Source: an uncultured Acidobacteriota bacterium (GTDB lineage: Bacteria > Acidobacteriota > Thermoanaerobaculia > Multivoradales > UBA5704). From it: a stretch of 64,000 nucleotides of DNA. A program made the translations under genes and the position numbers. Positions 1 through 8,017 of the stretch are shown here, one piece after another (within the stretch, counting starts at the first letter, position 1; each line of letters begins with the position of its first letter). The notes below the pieces were generated by a model. That model worked only from the letters and a program-made list of their open reading frames with translations, did no database searches and was not told where the DNA came from. Location of the stretch: assembly GCA_963700145.1 (NCBI GenBank), contig OY969474.1, positions 4,672,001-4,736,000 of the forward strand, written 5' to 3'.

Positions 1-693
1 GAGCTCACTCACGCGCCGACCCTGCAGCTGGAGATCTTCTTCTACGCGAGGGAGCATGAGCTGAGCAGCCGGTCCACCCTGCTTCATAACGATGACGCGA
101 TTCTTCGCTGCTTGGTGGGCTCTTAGAGCGGCATTGACAAAGTCGGCATAGACCTTCTGGTGGGTCACTCCGGCCATATCGATCGAAGGACTGACTGGAG
201 CTAACGGCGTAGTGCCTAAAGGCGGTGCTTGAGCGAGAACTCCGCGAAGTGCGCTAAGAAGTTGCCGATAGTTCTCCTCCGAGTATGGATCACCGCGCAG
301 GTCAAAGTAGACCTTTCCTCGAAGAAATGAGGGAGCCGCCTCTCTCCAGTCACCTGACCGAAGTAGAGGAACGAACTTCCTGTCGTTGCGGTCAGTCATC
401 ACTTCGGCCGTAATGATATGCCCTTCGTAACCGACGCCACCGATGCGTCGATCTGACTTCTCTTGGTACTTAGGGGTGCAGATCATGAGGACGAAGTCGC
501 TGTCTCGGATGGCAGTTTCAATAAACTGAGGCAGTTGATCACCGGGAGCAACCTTCCACTCGTCCAAGATCAGGTCGATGCCGTCACTGCGGAGACGGGC
601 ACCAAGTCTCTTGACCCAATCCTTGTGCTCCTCGCTATCCCACGAGTACGAGATGAACGCCGTGGGTATCTGTTTAAGAAGTTCGCTTGTCAC
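1..693 (-). CDS. TIR/SEFIR-domain protein (3' end runs off the window); integron gene cassette
   Basis: Hand translation from GTG at 693: VTSELLKQIPTAFISYSWDSEEHKDWVKRLGARLRSDGIDLILDEW...FVLMICTPKY...GGVGYEGHII...YFDL. This is a TIR_2/SEFIR pattern. The frame is open to base 1, which explains its absence from the ORF track. Confidence 0.85.
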   Translation of the reverse strand, partial: MTSELLKQIPTAFISYSWDSEEHKDWVKRLGARLRSDGIDLILDEWKVAPGDQLPQFIETAIRDSDFVLMICTPKYQEKSDRRIGGVGYEGHIITAEVMTDRNDRKFVPLLRSGDWREAAPSFLRGKVYFDLRGDPYSEENYRQLLSALRGVLAQAPPLGTTPLAPVSPSIDMAGVTHQKVYADFVNAALRAHQAAKNRVIVMKQGGPAAQLMLPRVEEDLQLQGRRVSEL

Positions 694-709
694 GGTCGAT
701 TCTTGTGCC

Positions 710-748
710 GTTTAACGGCGTATGAGTTCCGCTGCAACGAGGTTAGGT
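710..748 (-). mobile_element. Degenerate, internally deleted attC site
   Basis: Minus strand reads ACCTAAC (RYYYAAC) CTCGTTGCAGCGGAACTCATACGCC GTTAAAC (GTTRRRY). It is only 39 bp and lacks the central stem. Confidence 0.6.
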
Positions 749-776
749 GACCCGCCGCGACTGTCGAGCAAAGGGT

Positions 777-1262
777 TCAGGTCGTTCGCTGGTAGTCGTC
801 CAGCAGCTGAGTGATGTCTCGCTGTGTGACGGTGAGATGATGAAGCAGGGAGTCGACTGGCGAAGGGCTGACGTGACTGCTTGAGCCAGTGGCGATGTGT
901 GTGTGCAGGTAGTCGAGTTTAGCGTTGATGTGGTCAAGCTGGTAGCGCTGCCAGTCGAACCTGTCGAACAGACCCTCGTCGGCGAACAGTTCGCGACCGC
1001 TAAGCAGGACTTGTGCTGGGGTTGTCGTATCTAGGCGGAAGTTTGGAATCACAACCGGGGAACGCTGCAGGTAGTCGAGGCATTGCGCAATGCGATCGAG
1101 ATTGAAGCGAAACGCCTTGAGGAGATTGGCGCGGAGCTGATGAGCTCGCGCTACGCGCTCCCGTTTCCATTGCTGCCGTGCCCAGAGCACGCCGAACACT
1201 GTTCCAGCGAAGGCGCTTAGGAAGGCGAAGAGGAGATTCCAGAGCAGCTGTTCCGTTGTCAT
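777..1262 (-). CDS. Hypothetical protein with N-terminal transmembrane helix; integron gene cassette
   Basis: ORF 777..1322 with the start moved to the ATG (MTTEQ) because the upstream part overlaps the attC. Hydrophobic segment LLWNLLFAFLSAFAGTVFGVLW. Confidence 0.7.
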   Translation of the reverse strand: MTTEQLLWNLLFAFLSAFAGTVFGVLWARQQWKRERVARAHQLRANLLKAFRFNLDRIAQCLDYLQRSPVVIPNFRLDTTTPAQVLLSGRELFADEGLFDRFDWQRYQLDHINAKLDYLHTHIATGSSSHVSPSPVDSLLHHLTVTQRDITQLLDDYQRTT

Positions 1263-1276
1263 GAATGCTATCCGGG

Positions 1277-1336
1277 TCCTAACGCTACTGGGCTTCAGCG
1301 ACGGCGGAGCCGCTCGCTGCAAGCCCTTGGTTAGGC
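1277..1336 (-). mobile_element. attC site (60 bp)
   Basis: Minus strand: GCCTAAC CAAGG GCTTGCAG CGAGCGGC TCC GCCGTCG CTGAAGC CCAGTAGC GTTAGGA. R''/L''/L'/R' boxes, an extrahelical base and a central hairpin are present, just after a stop codon. Confidence 0.85.
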
Positions 1337-1346
1337 TGCTGATTGA

Positions 1347-1850
1347 TCACCGAGCCTTTCCAAGCGTGCTTAACGCAACGATGGCTTCCCTAATGTTGGC
1401 GGCGACAATATTAGATTGATCGAGGCGCCACCTGTTGTAGTGTGCACGAAGGACATCGACGAGCCTGGCTGCCTGCTGAATATCGCGCTGTGCTGGACCG
1501 AGATCGACCTCGTCAGGGATGCCTAGGCTCCTCATGAAGCCGATGACTCGCTCAAGATGAGCGACCAGTTGGCGGTGAGGACGTGTGAGTCGACCTTCTC
1601 GGAATTGCTTTGCCTTGTCCGTGTCCTCGAACCATGTTGGGTCCCACATCAAGGAGTCATTCGCAATCTTGGTCACATGAGCCACCACGGGCTCACCAAT
1701 GAGCGAGTCGAATTCACGATCATTGCGCTCCATGACCTCGCGATATGTCCGGACAATCTCCTGAAGGCCGGAGAGCGAAGTGAGGGACTGCATGTCCTGT
1801 GTGAGTACCAACGGGGATAGGAAGGCAGGTCGCGATGCATTATCTGTCAT
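1347..1850 (-). CDS. Hypothetical protein; integron gene cassette
   Basis: 167-aa ORF in the lower-GC region, bounded on the minus strand by complementary cassette ends GTTAGGCTGCTGA ... TCAGCAGCCTAAC. Confidence 0.7.
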   Translation of the reverse strand: MTDNASRPAFLSPLVLTQDMQSLTSLSGLQEIVRTYREVMERNDREFDSLIGEPVVAHVTKIANDSLMWDPTWFEDTDKAKQFREGRLTRPHRQLVAHLERVIGFMRSLGIPDEVDLGPAQRDIQQAARLVDVLRAHYNRWRLDQSNIVAANIREAIVALSTLGKAR

Positions 1851-1900
1851 GGCATTTCATCCTTGTTCTAGAATACTGAATCCTGCTCGCATGGTCAGCA

Positions 1901-1925
1901 GCCTAACCTCTGCTTATACGGATTG
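1901..1925 (-). mobile_element. Putative attI-like recombination site at the head of the cassette array
   Basis: Minus strand CCGTATAAGCAGAG GTTAGGC: a GTTRRRY core with no complementary upstream arm, placed before the first cassette. Confidence 0.5.
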
Positions 1926-2076
1926 GCCGGCTGTGGGTGGCGAGACGGGAGCCTCAGCCGCATCTCACGCCTGGTTATGAGTTAGGAGAGTGTAGCAGAG
2001 ACTGCGTGCGAACAGGTGCGACGGACGTGTCGTCTATGCGGCGCTGGACGGGGTCAGAGTTTCGAGACCCCCGCCC

Positions 2077-2102
2077 AGATCCTTCGCTACGCTCAGGATG
2101 AC
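2077..2102. repeat. REP-like element (single)
   Basis: AGATCCTTCGCTACGCTCAGGATGAC; same family as five other loci. Confidence 0.8.
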
Positions 2103-2136
2103 GGCGCTGCGAGCTTCGGTCGGCTGGGCGCTACGT

Positions 2137-3804
2137 CTACGTCCCCGACTCGCGGAACACCAACCGCTGGTTCCCGGCGACGTTGGCGCGTTGCTGGACC
2201 TTCCCTGACGGCCAGCGCACGACCACCCGATCGGCCTTCGCGGCCCGCCCCAACCCGAAGACAGGCTCGACCTGCGACTGCGAGAGGTAGCTGCTGCCGG
2301 TGCGCACCAGCCAGCGCTGGGTGGCGCCGCCGGTGGTGACCTCGACGACCGTCCCCAGGCCGTCGCGGTTGCTCTTCGAGCCCTCGAGCCCGATCTTGAG
2401 CCAGCGGCCCTGCCCGCCGCCGGCGTTGGCGAAGACCTGGGCCGGGCCGCCGTTGTTGGTCAGCACCAGGTCGAGGTCGCCGTCGTTGTCGAGGTCGCCG
2501 TAGGCGGCGCCGCGGGCGACGCGCGGCTTGGCGAGGTCGCCGCCGGCGGTCGCCGTCACCTCTTCGTAGCGGCCGGCGCCGGCGTTGCGGAAGAGCTGCG
2601 TCGGCTGGCGGAACTTGACCTTGGTCTGCACGTTCTCGACCTCGGGGTCGAGGTGGCCGTTGCCGAGCAGGATGTCGAGCCAGCCGTCGAGGTCGTAGTC
2701 GAAGAAGAAGGCGGCGAAGGCGAGGGTCAGGAGGGTGCGGCGGCCGATCTGCGAGGCCGGCGCCACGTCGACGAAGAGCTGATTGCCCTCGTTGCGGTAG
2801 AGCGCCACCATCTCGTTGGCGAAGTTGCCGATCACCAGGCTGTGGCGGCCGCTGCGGTCGTAGTCGGCGGCGTCGATGCCCATGCCGCCGCGCGCCACGC
2901 CGGTCTCGGAGAAGGCCATGCCGGAGGCCACGCCCACCTCCTCGAACGTGCCGTTGCCGCGGTTGCGGTAGAGGAGGTTGGGCTGGGTGTCGTTGGCGAC
3001 CGCGAGGTCGGGCCAGCCGTCCCCATCGAGGTCGAGCACCGCCACGCCGAGCGACTTGGCGGAGGGCTTGGAGATCCCCGCCTTCTTGGTCGCGTCCTCG
3101 AGCTTCAAGCCCCCCTTGTTGCGGTAGAAGCGCGGCGAGGCGCCGGGGTAGGACTCCGGCGTGCAGTAGGACTTGCTCTTGCCGTCGAGGGTGCAGAAGA
3201 GGTCGGTCTCCGGCGTCCAGGTGACGTAGCGGGTGGCGAGGACGTCGAGCCGCCCGTCCTTGTCGGCGTCGAGGAGAGCAACCGAGGCGCCGAACTCGTA
3301 GTCGCGCGACAGGCCGGCCGCCGCGGAGACGTCCGCGAACTTCCCGCCGTCGTTGCGCAGCAGGTAGTCCTGCCCGACGCAGGAGAGGTAGAGGTCGGCG
3401 TCGCCGTCGTTGTCGAGGTCGCCGGCGGCGCCGCCCAGGCAGTAGGCGGCGATGCCGAGACCGCTCTTCGCCGTCGCGTTGGCGAACTTGAGGCCCCCTT
3501 GGTTGGTGTAGAGCTCCTGCGTCGTCGCCTTCCCGGGCTTGCCCGGGAAGTTGCGGCCGTTGAGAAACAGCACGTCGAGCCGGTCGTCGCCGTTGGCGTC
3601 GAAGAGGACGACGCCCGGCCCCATCGTCTCCGGCAGCCACTTCTTGCCGAAGGCGCCGGTGTTGTGGGTGAACTTGATGCCGCTCGCGGCGGTGACGTCG
3701 GCGAATCGCGGGCCGGCGGGCCTCGCCGGCTGCCCCTGCCGAGCGAAGAGAGGCACGGCGAGCAAGAGACAGGTAACGAGGTACAACAAGGGTCGTCTGG
3801 TCAT
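2137..3804 (-). CDS. CRTAC1 / ASPIC-UnbV family protein with FG-GAP/VCBS repeats
   Basis: Signal peptide, repeated DxDxDGxxD motifs, C-terminal SNRDGLG...SYLSQS...FGLG...VRWPSG. Confidence 0.9.
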   Translation of the reverse strand: MTRRPLLYLVTCLLLAVPLFARQGQPARPAGPRFADVTAASGIKFTHNTGAFGKKWLPETMGPGVVLFDANGDDRLDVLFLNGRNFPGKPGKATTQELYTNQGGLKFANATAKSGLGIAAYCLGGAAGDLDNDGDADLYLSCVGQDYLLRNDGGKFADVSAAAGLSRDYEFGASVALLDADKDGRLDVLATRYVTWTPETDLFCTLDGKSKSYCTPESYPGASPRFYRNKGGLKLEDATKKAGISKPSAKSLGVAVLDLDGDGWPDLAVANDTQPNLLYRNRGNGTFEEVGVASGMAFSETGVARGGMGIDAADYDRSGRHSLVIGNFANEMVALYRNEGNQLFVDVAPASQIGRRTLLTLAFAAFFFDYDLDGWLDILLGNGHLDPEVENVQTKVKFRQPTQLFRNAGAGRYEEVTATAGGDLAKPRVARGAAYGDLDNDGDLDLVLTNNGGPAQVFANAGGGQGRWLKIGLEGSKSNRDGLGTVVEVTTGGATQRWLVRTGSSYLSQSQVEPVFGLGRAAKADRVVVRWPSGKVQQRANVAGNQRLVFRESGT

Positions 3805-3824
3805 ACGTCTCCCGAGGTCCTTCT

Positions 3825-3913
3825 TGTCATCCCGAGCCTAGCGAGGGATCTGGGCGGGGGCTCCGCTGCGCAACCTTCCCGCCCCCAGATTCCTCGCTTC
3901 GCTCGGAATGACA
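3825..3913. repeat. REP doublet (inverted pair)
   Basis: TGTCATCCCGAGCCTAGCGAGGGATCTG ... CAGATTCCTCGCTTCGCTCGGAATGACA. Confidence 0.8.
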
Positions 3914-3923
3914 GGTCGTAGCT

Positions 3924-6800
3924 CTACCCGCCGGCGCTGACCACCGTCTCCGCCCCCGCCGGCGCGCGGCGGCGGCGCGGGTCGAGGAAGGCGCGGATCT
4001 CCTCCGGCGGCACCGTGCGGTGCTCGTGGATGGACTGCCGCTCGTTGTTGTCGTGCGGGTGCTTCTCGCGGTACTCGCCGGTCAGCTCCTGCGCCGACTC
4101 GTCCACCTTGAAGCGCTCGTAGAGCTTCTGGTGGTAAGCGGCCTTCTGCGTGTCGCCGAGGCCGCGCCGGGCGAGCATCAGCGTGTAGTGGGCCATCAGG
4201 TCCTCGGGGTCGATGGCGAGCACCTTGTCGAGCTCGCGCACGGCGCCCTTGTAGTCGCGCTTCAAGAACAGCACGCGGCCGATCTGGTTGAGCACCACGC
4301 GGTCGCGCGGGTACTTCGCCACGGCGGCGCGGAAGTGGGCGAGCGACTTGTCGTAGGCGCCGAGCGCCTTTTCGAGCACCCCCAGGAAGTGGTGCGTGCG
4401 CGCCAGCTCGGGGTCCATCTTGAGGGCGCGCCCGAGCACCCGGCGCGCCTCCTCGAGGTCGCCCTCGCCGAGCGCCACCCGCCCGAGGTTCACCCAGCCG
4501 TCCACGTACTTGGGCTCGATCTCGGTCACCTTGGCGAAGGCGACGCGGGCGCCGCGCAGGTCGCCCTGCAGGAACAGCCCGATGCCGTAGTCGTTCCAGC
4601 GCTCCCGGTCGCCCTCCTGGAGGGCCGGCCGGCCCATCGCCGGCAGCGGCGCGCCGCCGTCCACGACCTTGAGCTCCTGGGTGTCCTCGGCCACGAGCAC
4701 GATCGGCAGCCGCGGCACGCCCTTGACCTTCCCCGAGACGCGCGAGGTGTCGCCGGTGAAGACCATCGGGCGGTCGTCGAAGTGCTTGCTCACCTCGCCC
4801 GGCAGCGATTCGCCGGCAAAGGAGAAGTGGGTGTTGAACCAGGAGAACTTCCGGTAGTTGAGCTTGGCGTGCAGGCGGATCTTGTCGCCGGCGTCGGGCG
4901 GCACCTGGAGCCGGAAGTGGACGGTGTCGGCGGCGCCGGGCGGGATCAGGCGGACGTAGACCGTCGCGCGAGCGGCCCAGGCGTTCCGCTTGTTGATCGG
5001 GTTGCCGCTCTGGTCGATGAGCAGCGAGCGGTAGAAGTGAGCTCCCGGCTCGACCGGCGAGTCCTCGTCCGCCATGCCGCTCCAGTAGACGACCCTACCG
5101 CGGTCGTCCACCGCCTTGAGCTCCAGCCAGCAGTCGTAGGCGTCCACCGTGCCGCCGGGGAAGAAGTGGCCGACGCCGCGCGTCCGCACCACGACGTCGA
5201 CGCGCGTCGACTCGCCGCGCCGCACGGTCGCGGGGATGCGGTCGAGCGGCGCGTAGATCGTCTCGGCGGGGCCGGCGGCGGCGCCGCCGCTGCCGACCGC
5301 CATGTCGCTCTCCTCGCCGATCGCGAAGGAGGTGGCGAGCTGCGGGCCTTCGCTCGCGGGGCCGCGCTCGTCCTCGCCGGCCGCGGCGGCGCGCGCCTCG
5401 GTCATGGCGAAGATGTCCACGGTGAGCTGGCGCGCCTGCAGGAAGTCGACGACCGCCTTGAGCTGCTCGGGATCGCGGTTGGCGATCGGCAGCGCGGTGT
5501 TGGCGGCGGCGAAGCGGTGGGAGCGGATCATCCCCTGCTTGGCGCCGGCGTCCTCGGAGGCGACCTTCGGCATGTGGCAGTCGATGCAGTTCTTCGCCTC
5601 GGGCGGGTAGTAGAAGGAGCGCGCCCCCTCGCCCGAGACGCCGCTCGCCTGCCAGTTGTCGTACTCGTTGAAGCCGCGGATCCAGCGGTAGCTGTTGACC
5701 GGCACGTCGAGGTGCACCTTGTGGCAGGAGGAGCAGAACTCCGGCGAGTAGGTGCCGCGGAAGAAGGGCTTCAGGAAGGTGCGGCGGTGCGGCTCGGGGT
5801 CCATGCGCACGAGCAGGTCGTGGACGGCGTTGAGCGCGCGGTTGTCGCTCGTCGCCATGCCGTGGAGGGCCGGGACCTCGATCTCGTAGTCCCCCTGCCC
5901 CATCGAGCTGCGGACGTTGGAGATCATGTGGCAGGCGGTGCAGGTCAGGCCGGCCTGCGCCTCCGGGCGGTCGACGATCTCCTTGATCGGCGTGTTCATC
6001 AGGCCGGACTGCAGGATCGCCGGGTCGTGGCAGCCGCCGCACCACTTCGAGGAGGTGACGCCCGCCACCTCCTGCATGTACTCGATCGACTTGCGGTACC
6101 ACTGGTTGTTGAAGCTCGAGAAGTGGTGCGCCGAGCTGTCCCACTGCTTGACCAGGTCCGGATGGCAGCCGGAACGGCCGCAGCTCTGCGGGTCCATGTA
6201 GATGCGCGACGGCACGACGTCCTTGTTCGAGGTGTGGACCGACGACGGGAAGAAGGGGCCCTCCTTGCCGCCCATCGACTCCTGCTGCATGACGAGCGAG
6301 GCGGGCGGGTTCTCGAAGACCACCTGGTTCTTCGCGCGGTAGCTCTGGAAGCCGGTGGCGAGGGCCGGGATCAGGAGCGCGGCGGCGACGCCGGCGGCGG
6401 CGAGCCGCCAGGTGCGCGGCGCGAGCTGGCCGCGGAGCGCCCAGAGGAGGGCGAGGAGCCCGACGACCGAGAGCGCGATGTGGGTCCAGAGGAGCGGGCG
6501 CATCGGGCGGGTGTTGCCCACCCAGACGAGGGCGATGCCGGAGAGCGCGGCGGCGAAGAGGAGGAGCCCGGCCGGGAGCATGCCCGGCCGCGTGCGGCGC
6601 CGCCACCACCAGATCGCGAACGGCACCGCCACCCCCACCCCGAGGAAGAAGTGGAGGGCGACGCTGGCGAAATAGATCATGTGCGGGTCGCCCTCGGACG
6701 CCAGGTAGGCGCTGTTGGCGACCAGGAGCGCACCCAGGATGGCTAACCAGCGGGTGCCGCGGCGGGTCTCTTCAGGCATGTTCGACGGCCTCGTGCTCAT
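3924..6800 (-). CDS. Membrane-anchored multiheme c-type cytochrome with C-terminal TPR repeats
   Basis: About five N-terminal TM helices; heme motifs CGRSGCH, CGGCH, CTACH, CSSCH, CIDCH; TPR motifs such as WNDYGIGLF and WVNLGRVAL. Confidence 0.85.
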   Translation of the reverse strand: MSTRPSNMPEETRRGTRWLAILGALLVANSAYLASEGDPHMIYFASVALHFFLGVGVAVPFAIWWWRRRTRPGMLPAGLLLFAAALSGIALVWVGNTRPMRPLLWTHIALSVVGLLALLWALRGQLAPRTWRLAAAGVAAALLIPALATGFQSYRAKNQVVFENPPASLVMQQESMGGKEGPFFPSSVHTSNKDVVPSRIYMDPQSCGRSGCHPDLVKQWDSSAHHFSSFNNQWYRKSIEYMQEVAGVTSSKWCGGCHDPAILQSGLMNTPIKEIVDRPEAQAGLTCTACHMISNVRSSMGQGDYEIEVPALHGMATSDNRALNAVHDLLVRMDPEPHRRTFLKPFFRGTYSPEFCSSCHKVHLDVPVNSYRWIRGFNEYDNWQASGVSGEGARSFYYPPEAKNCIDCHMPKVASEDAGAKQGMIRSHRFAAANTALPIANRDPEQLKAVVDFLQARQLTVDIFAMTEARAAAAGEDERGPASEGPQLATSFAIGEESDMAVGSGGAAAGPAETIYAPLDRIPATVRRGESTRVDVVVRTRGVGHFFPGGTVDAYDCWLELKAVDDRGRVVYWSGMADEDSPVEPGAHFYRSLLIDQSGNPINKRNAWAARATVYVRLIPPGAADTVHFRLQVPPDAGDKIRLHAKLNYRKFSWFNTHFSFAGESLPGEVSKHFDDRPMVFTGDTSRVSGKVKGVPRLPIVLVAEDTQELKVVDGGAPLPAMGRPALQEGDRERWNDYGIGLFLQGDLRGARVAFAKVTEIEPKYVDGWVNLGRVALGEGDLEEARRVLGRALKMDPELARTHHFLGVLEKALGAYDKSLAHFRAAVAKYPRDRVVLNQIGRVLFLKRDYKGAVRELDKVLAIDPEDLMAHYTLMLARRGLGDTQKAAYHQKLYERFKVDESAQELTGEYREKHPHDNNERQSIHEHRTVPPEEIRAFLDPRRRRAPAGAETVVSAGG

Positions 6801-6943
6801 AGTAAGTCAGTCGTCCTCATAGAGCTTACGCTGAGCGGCCGGCCGGCCGCTGGTGCCTGCCCAGGAGGACTCGCGAACCCTACCAGGGTCGCACAAACCG
6901 GGTGCCAGCGGCGTGCCAGAAGGGGACGCGTAGAATCCGCCGC

Positions 6944-8017
6944 ATGCCCCCCGCCACGCCCGGACCGGTGGAGATCGCCGGCGCGCTCTCGCGGCGCGTC
7001 ATCGGCCAGGAGACCGCCGTGCGCGAGCTGGCGGTGGCGCTGGCCAAGAAGCTCGCCGGGCTGCGCGTCGGCAACATCCTGCTCATCGGCTCGTCCGGCA
7101 CCGGCAAGACGACGCTGATGCGCGCCGTCGAGGCCTACCTCGCCGCCGACCCGGCGCTCGCCGGGCGCTCGACGGTAGTGCGCATCCACGCCAACGTGCT
7201 GGGCGAGGAGGCGGGGCGCGGCCGGCCCGGCCAGGCGGTCCTGGCGCGTCTCCTCGAGCGGGCGCGCGAGCAGCTCGGCGCGGGCGCCGCGCCGGAGGCG
7301 ATCCTCACTCGCGCCGCCTCGGGGATCGTCTTCGTCGACGAGGTGGACAAGATCCGCTCCCACGTCGGCGGCCAGGCCAACGTGCCCGGCATCCGCGCCC
7401 AGGAGGCGCTGCTGACGCTGATCGAGAACGAAGCGGTGCAGCTCGACCTGCCGGCCTGGGCGGGGGGCGGCACCACGACGGTCGACTCGAGCGGCCTGGT
7501 CTTCGTCTGCGGCGGCGCCTTCGAGGGGCTCTACGACGCGGTCTACGACCGGGTGACCATCGGCCGCGACCGCGGCGCGCTGCAGCCGGTGACGGTGGTC
7601 GACGACGGCCGGGTGCGCGAGGAGACGACCTTCGACCTCCGCCACTGGCTGCGCAACGAGGACCTCTTCGAGTACGGCATGAGCCCGCAGTTCCTGTCGC
7701 GCTTCGACGCCGTGGTGCTGCTCGAGAACCTCACCCGCGACGAGCTGGTGCGGATCTTCCTCGAGGCCCCCGACTCCGCCTTCCACCAGACCCGCGCCTA
7801 CTTCGAGAGCCGCGGCGTGCACCTGGCGCTCTCGCCCGCCGCCGTGCGCCGCATCGCCGCCGAGGCCGCCCGCCAGCCACGCCTCGGCGCCCGCGCCCTC
7901 AAGGAGGTCTTCCGCCGCGTGATCCGCGACTACGAGTACGACCCCGCCGGGACCGCCAACGGCGGCGTCCTGCCGATCGACCTGGCCGAGGTCGAGGCGG
8001 CGCTCGGCGCGGCCTAG
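6944..8017 (+). CDS. ClpX-like AAA+ ATPase lacking the N-terminal zinc-binding domain
   Basis: VIGQE, Walker A GSSGTGKT, Walker B IVFVDEVDKI, QEALLTLIE, FVCGGAF, LGARAL. Confidence 0.8.
   Translation: MPPATPGPVEIAGALSRRVIGQETAVRELAVALAKKLAGLRVGNILLIGSSGTGKTTLMRAVEAYLAADPALAGRSTVVRIHANVLGEEAGRGRPGQAVLARLLERAREQLGAGAAPEAILTRAASGIVFVDEVDKIRSHVGGQANVPGIRAQEALLTLIENEAVQLDLPAWAGGGTTTVDSSGLVFVCGGAFEGLYDAVYDRVTIGRDRGALQPVTVVDDGRVREETTFDLRHWLRNEDLFEYGMSPQFLSRFDAVVLLENLTRDELVRIFLEAPDSAFHQTRAYFESRGVHLALSPAAVRRIAAEAARQPRLGARALKEVFRRVIRDYEYDPAGTANGGVLPIDLAEVEAALGAA

Noticed and set aside
463-750. 95-aa plus-strand ORF
   Set aside because: Antisense to the TIR/SEFIR cassette gene.
1901-1987. An 87-bp attC at the head of the array
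   Set aside because: The end boxes are roughly complementary but the inner L boxes do not pair, so it was treated as attI-like.
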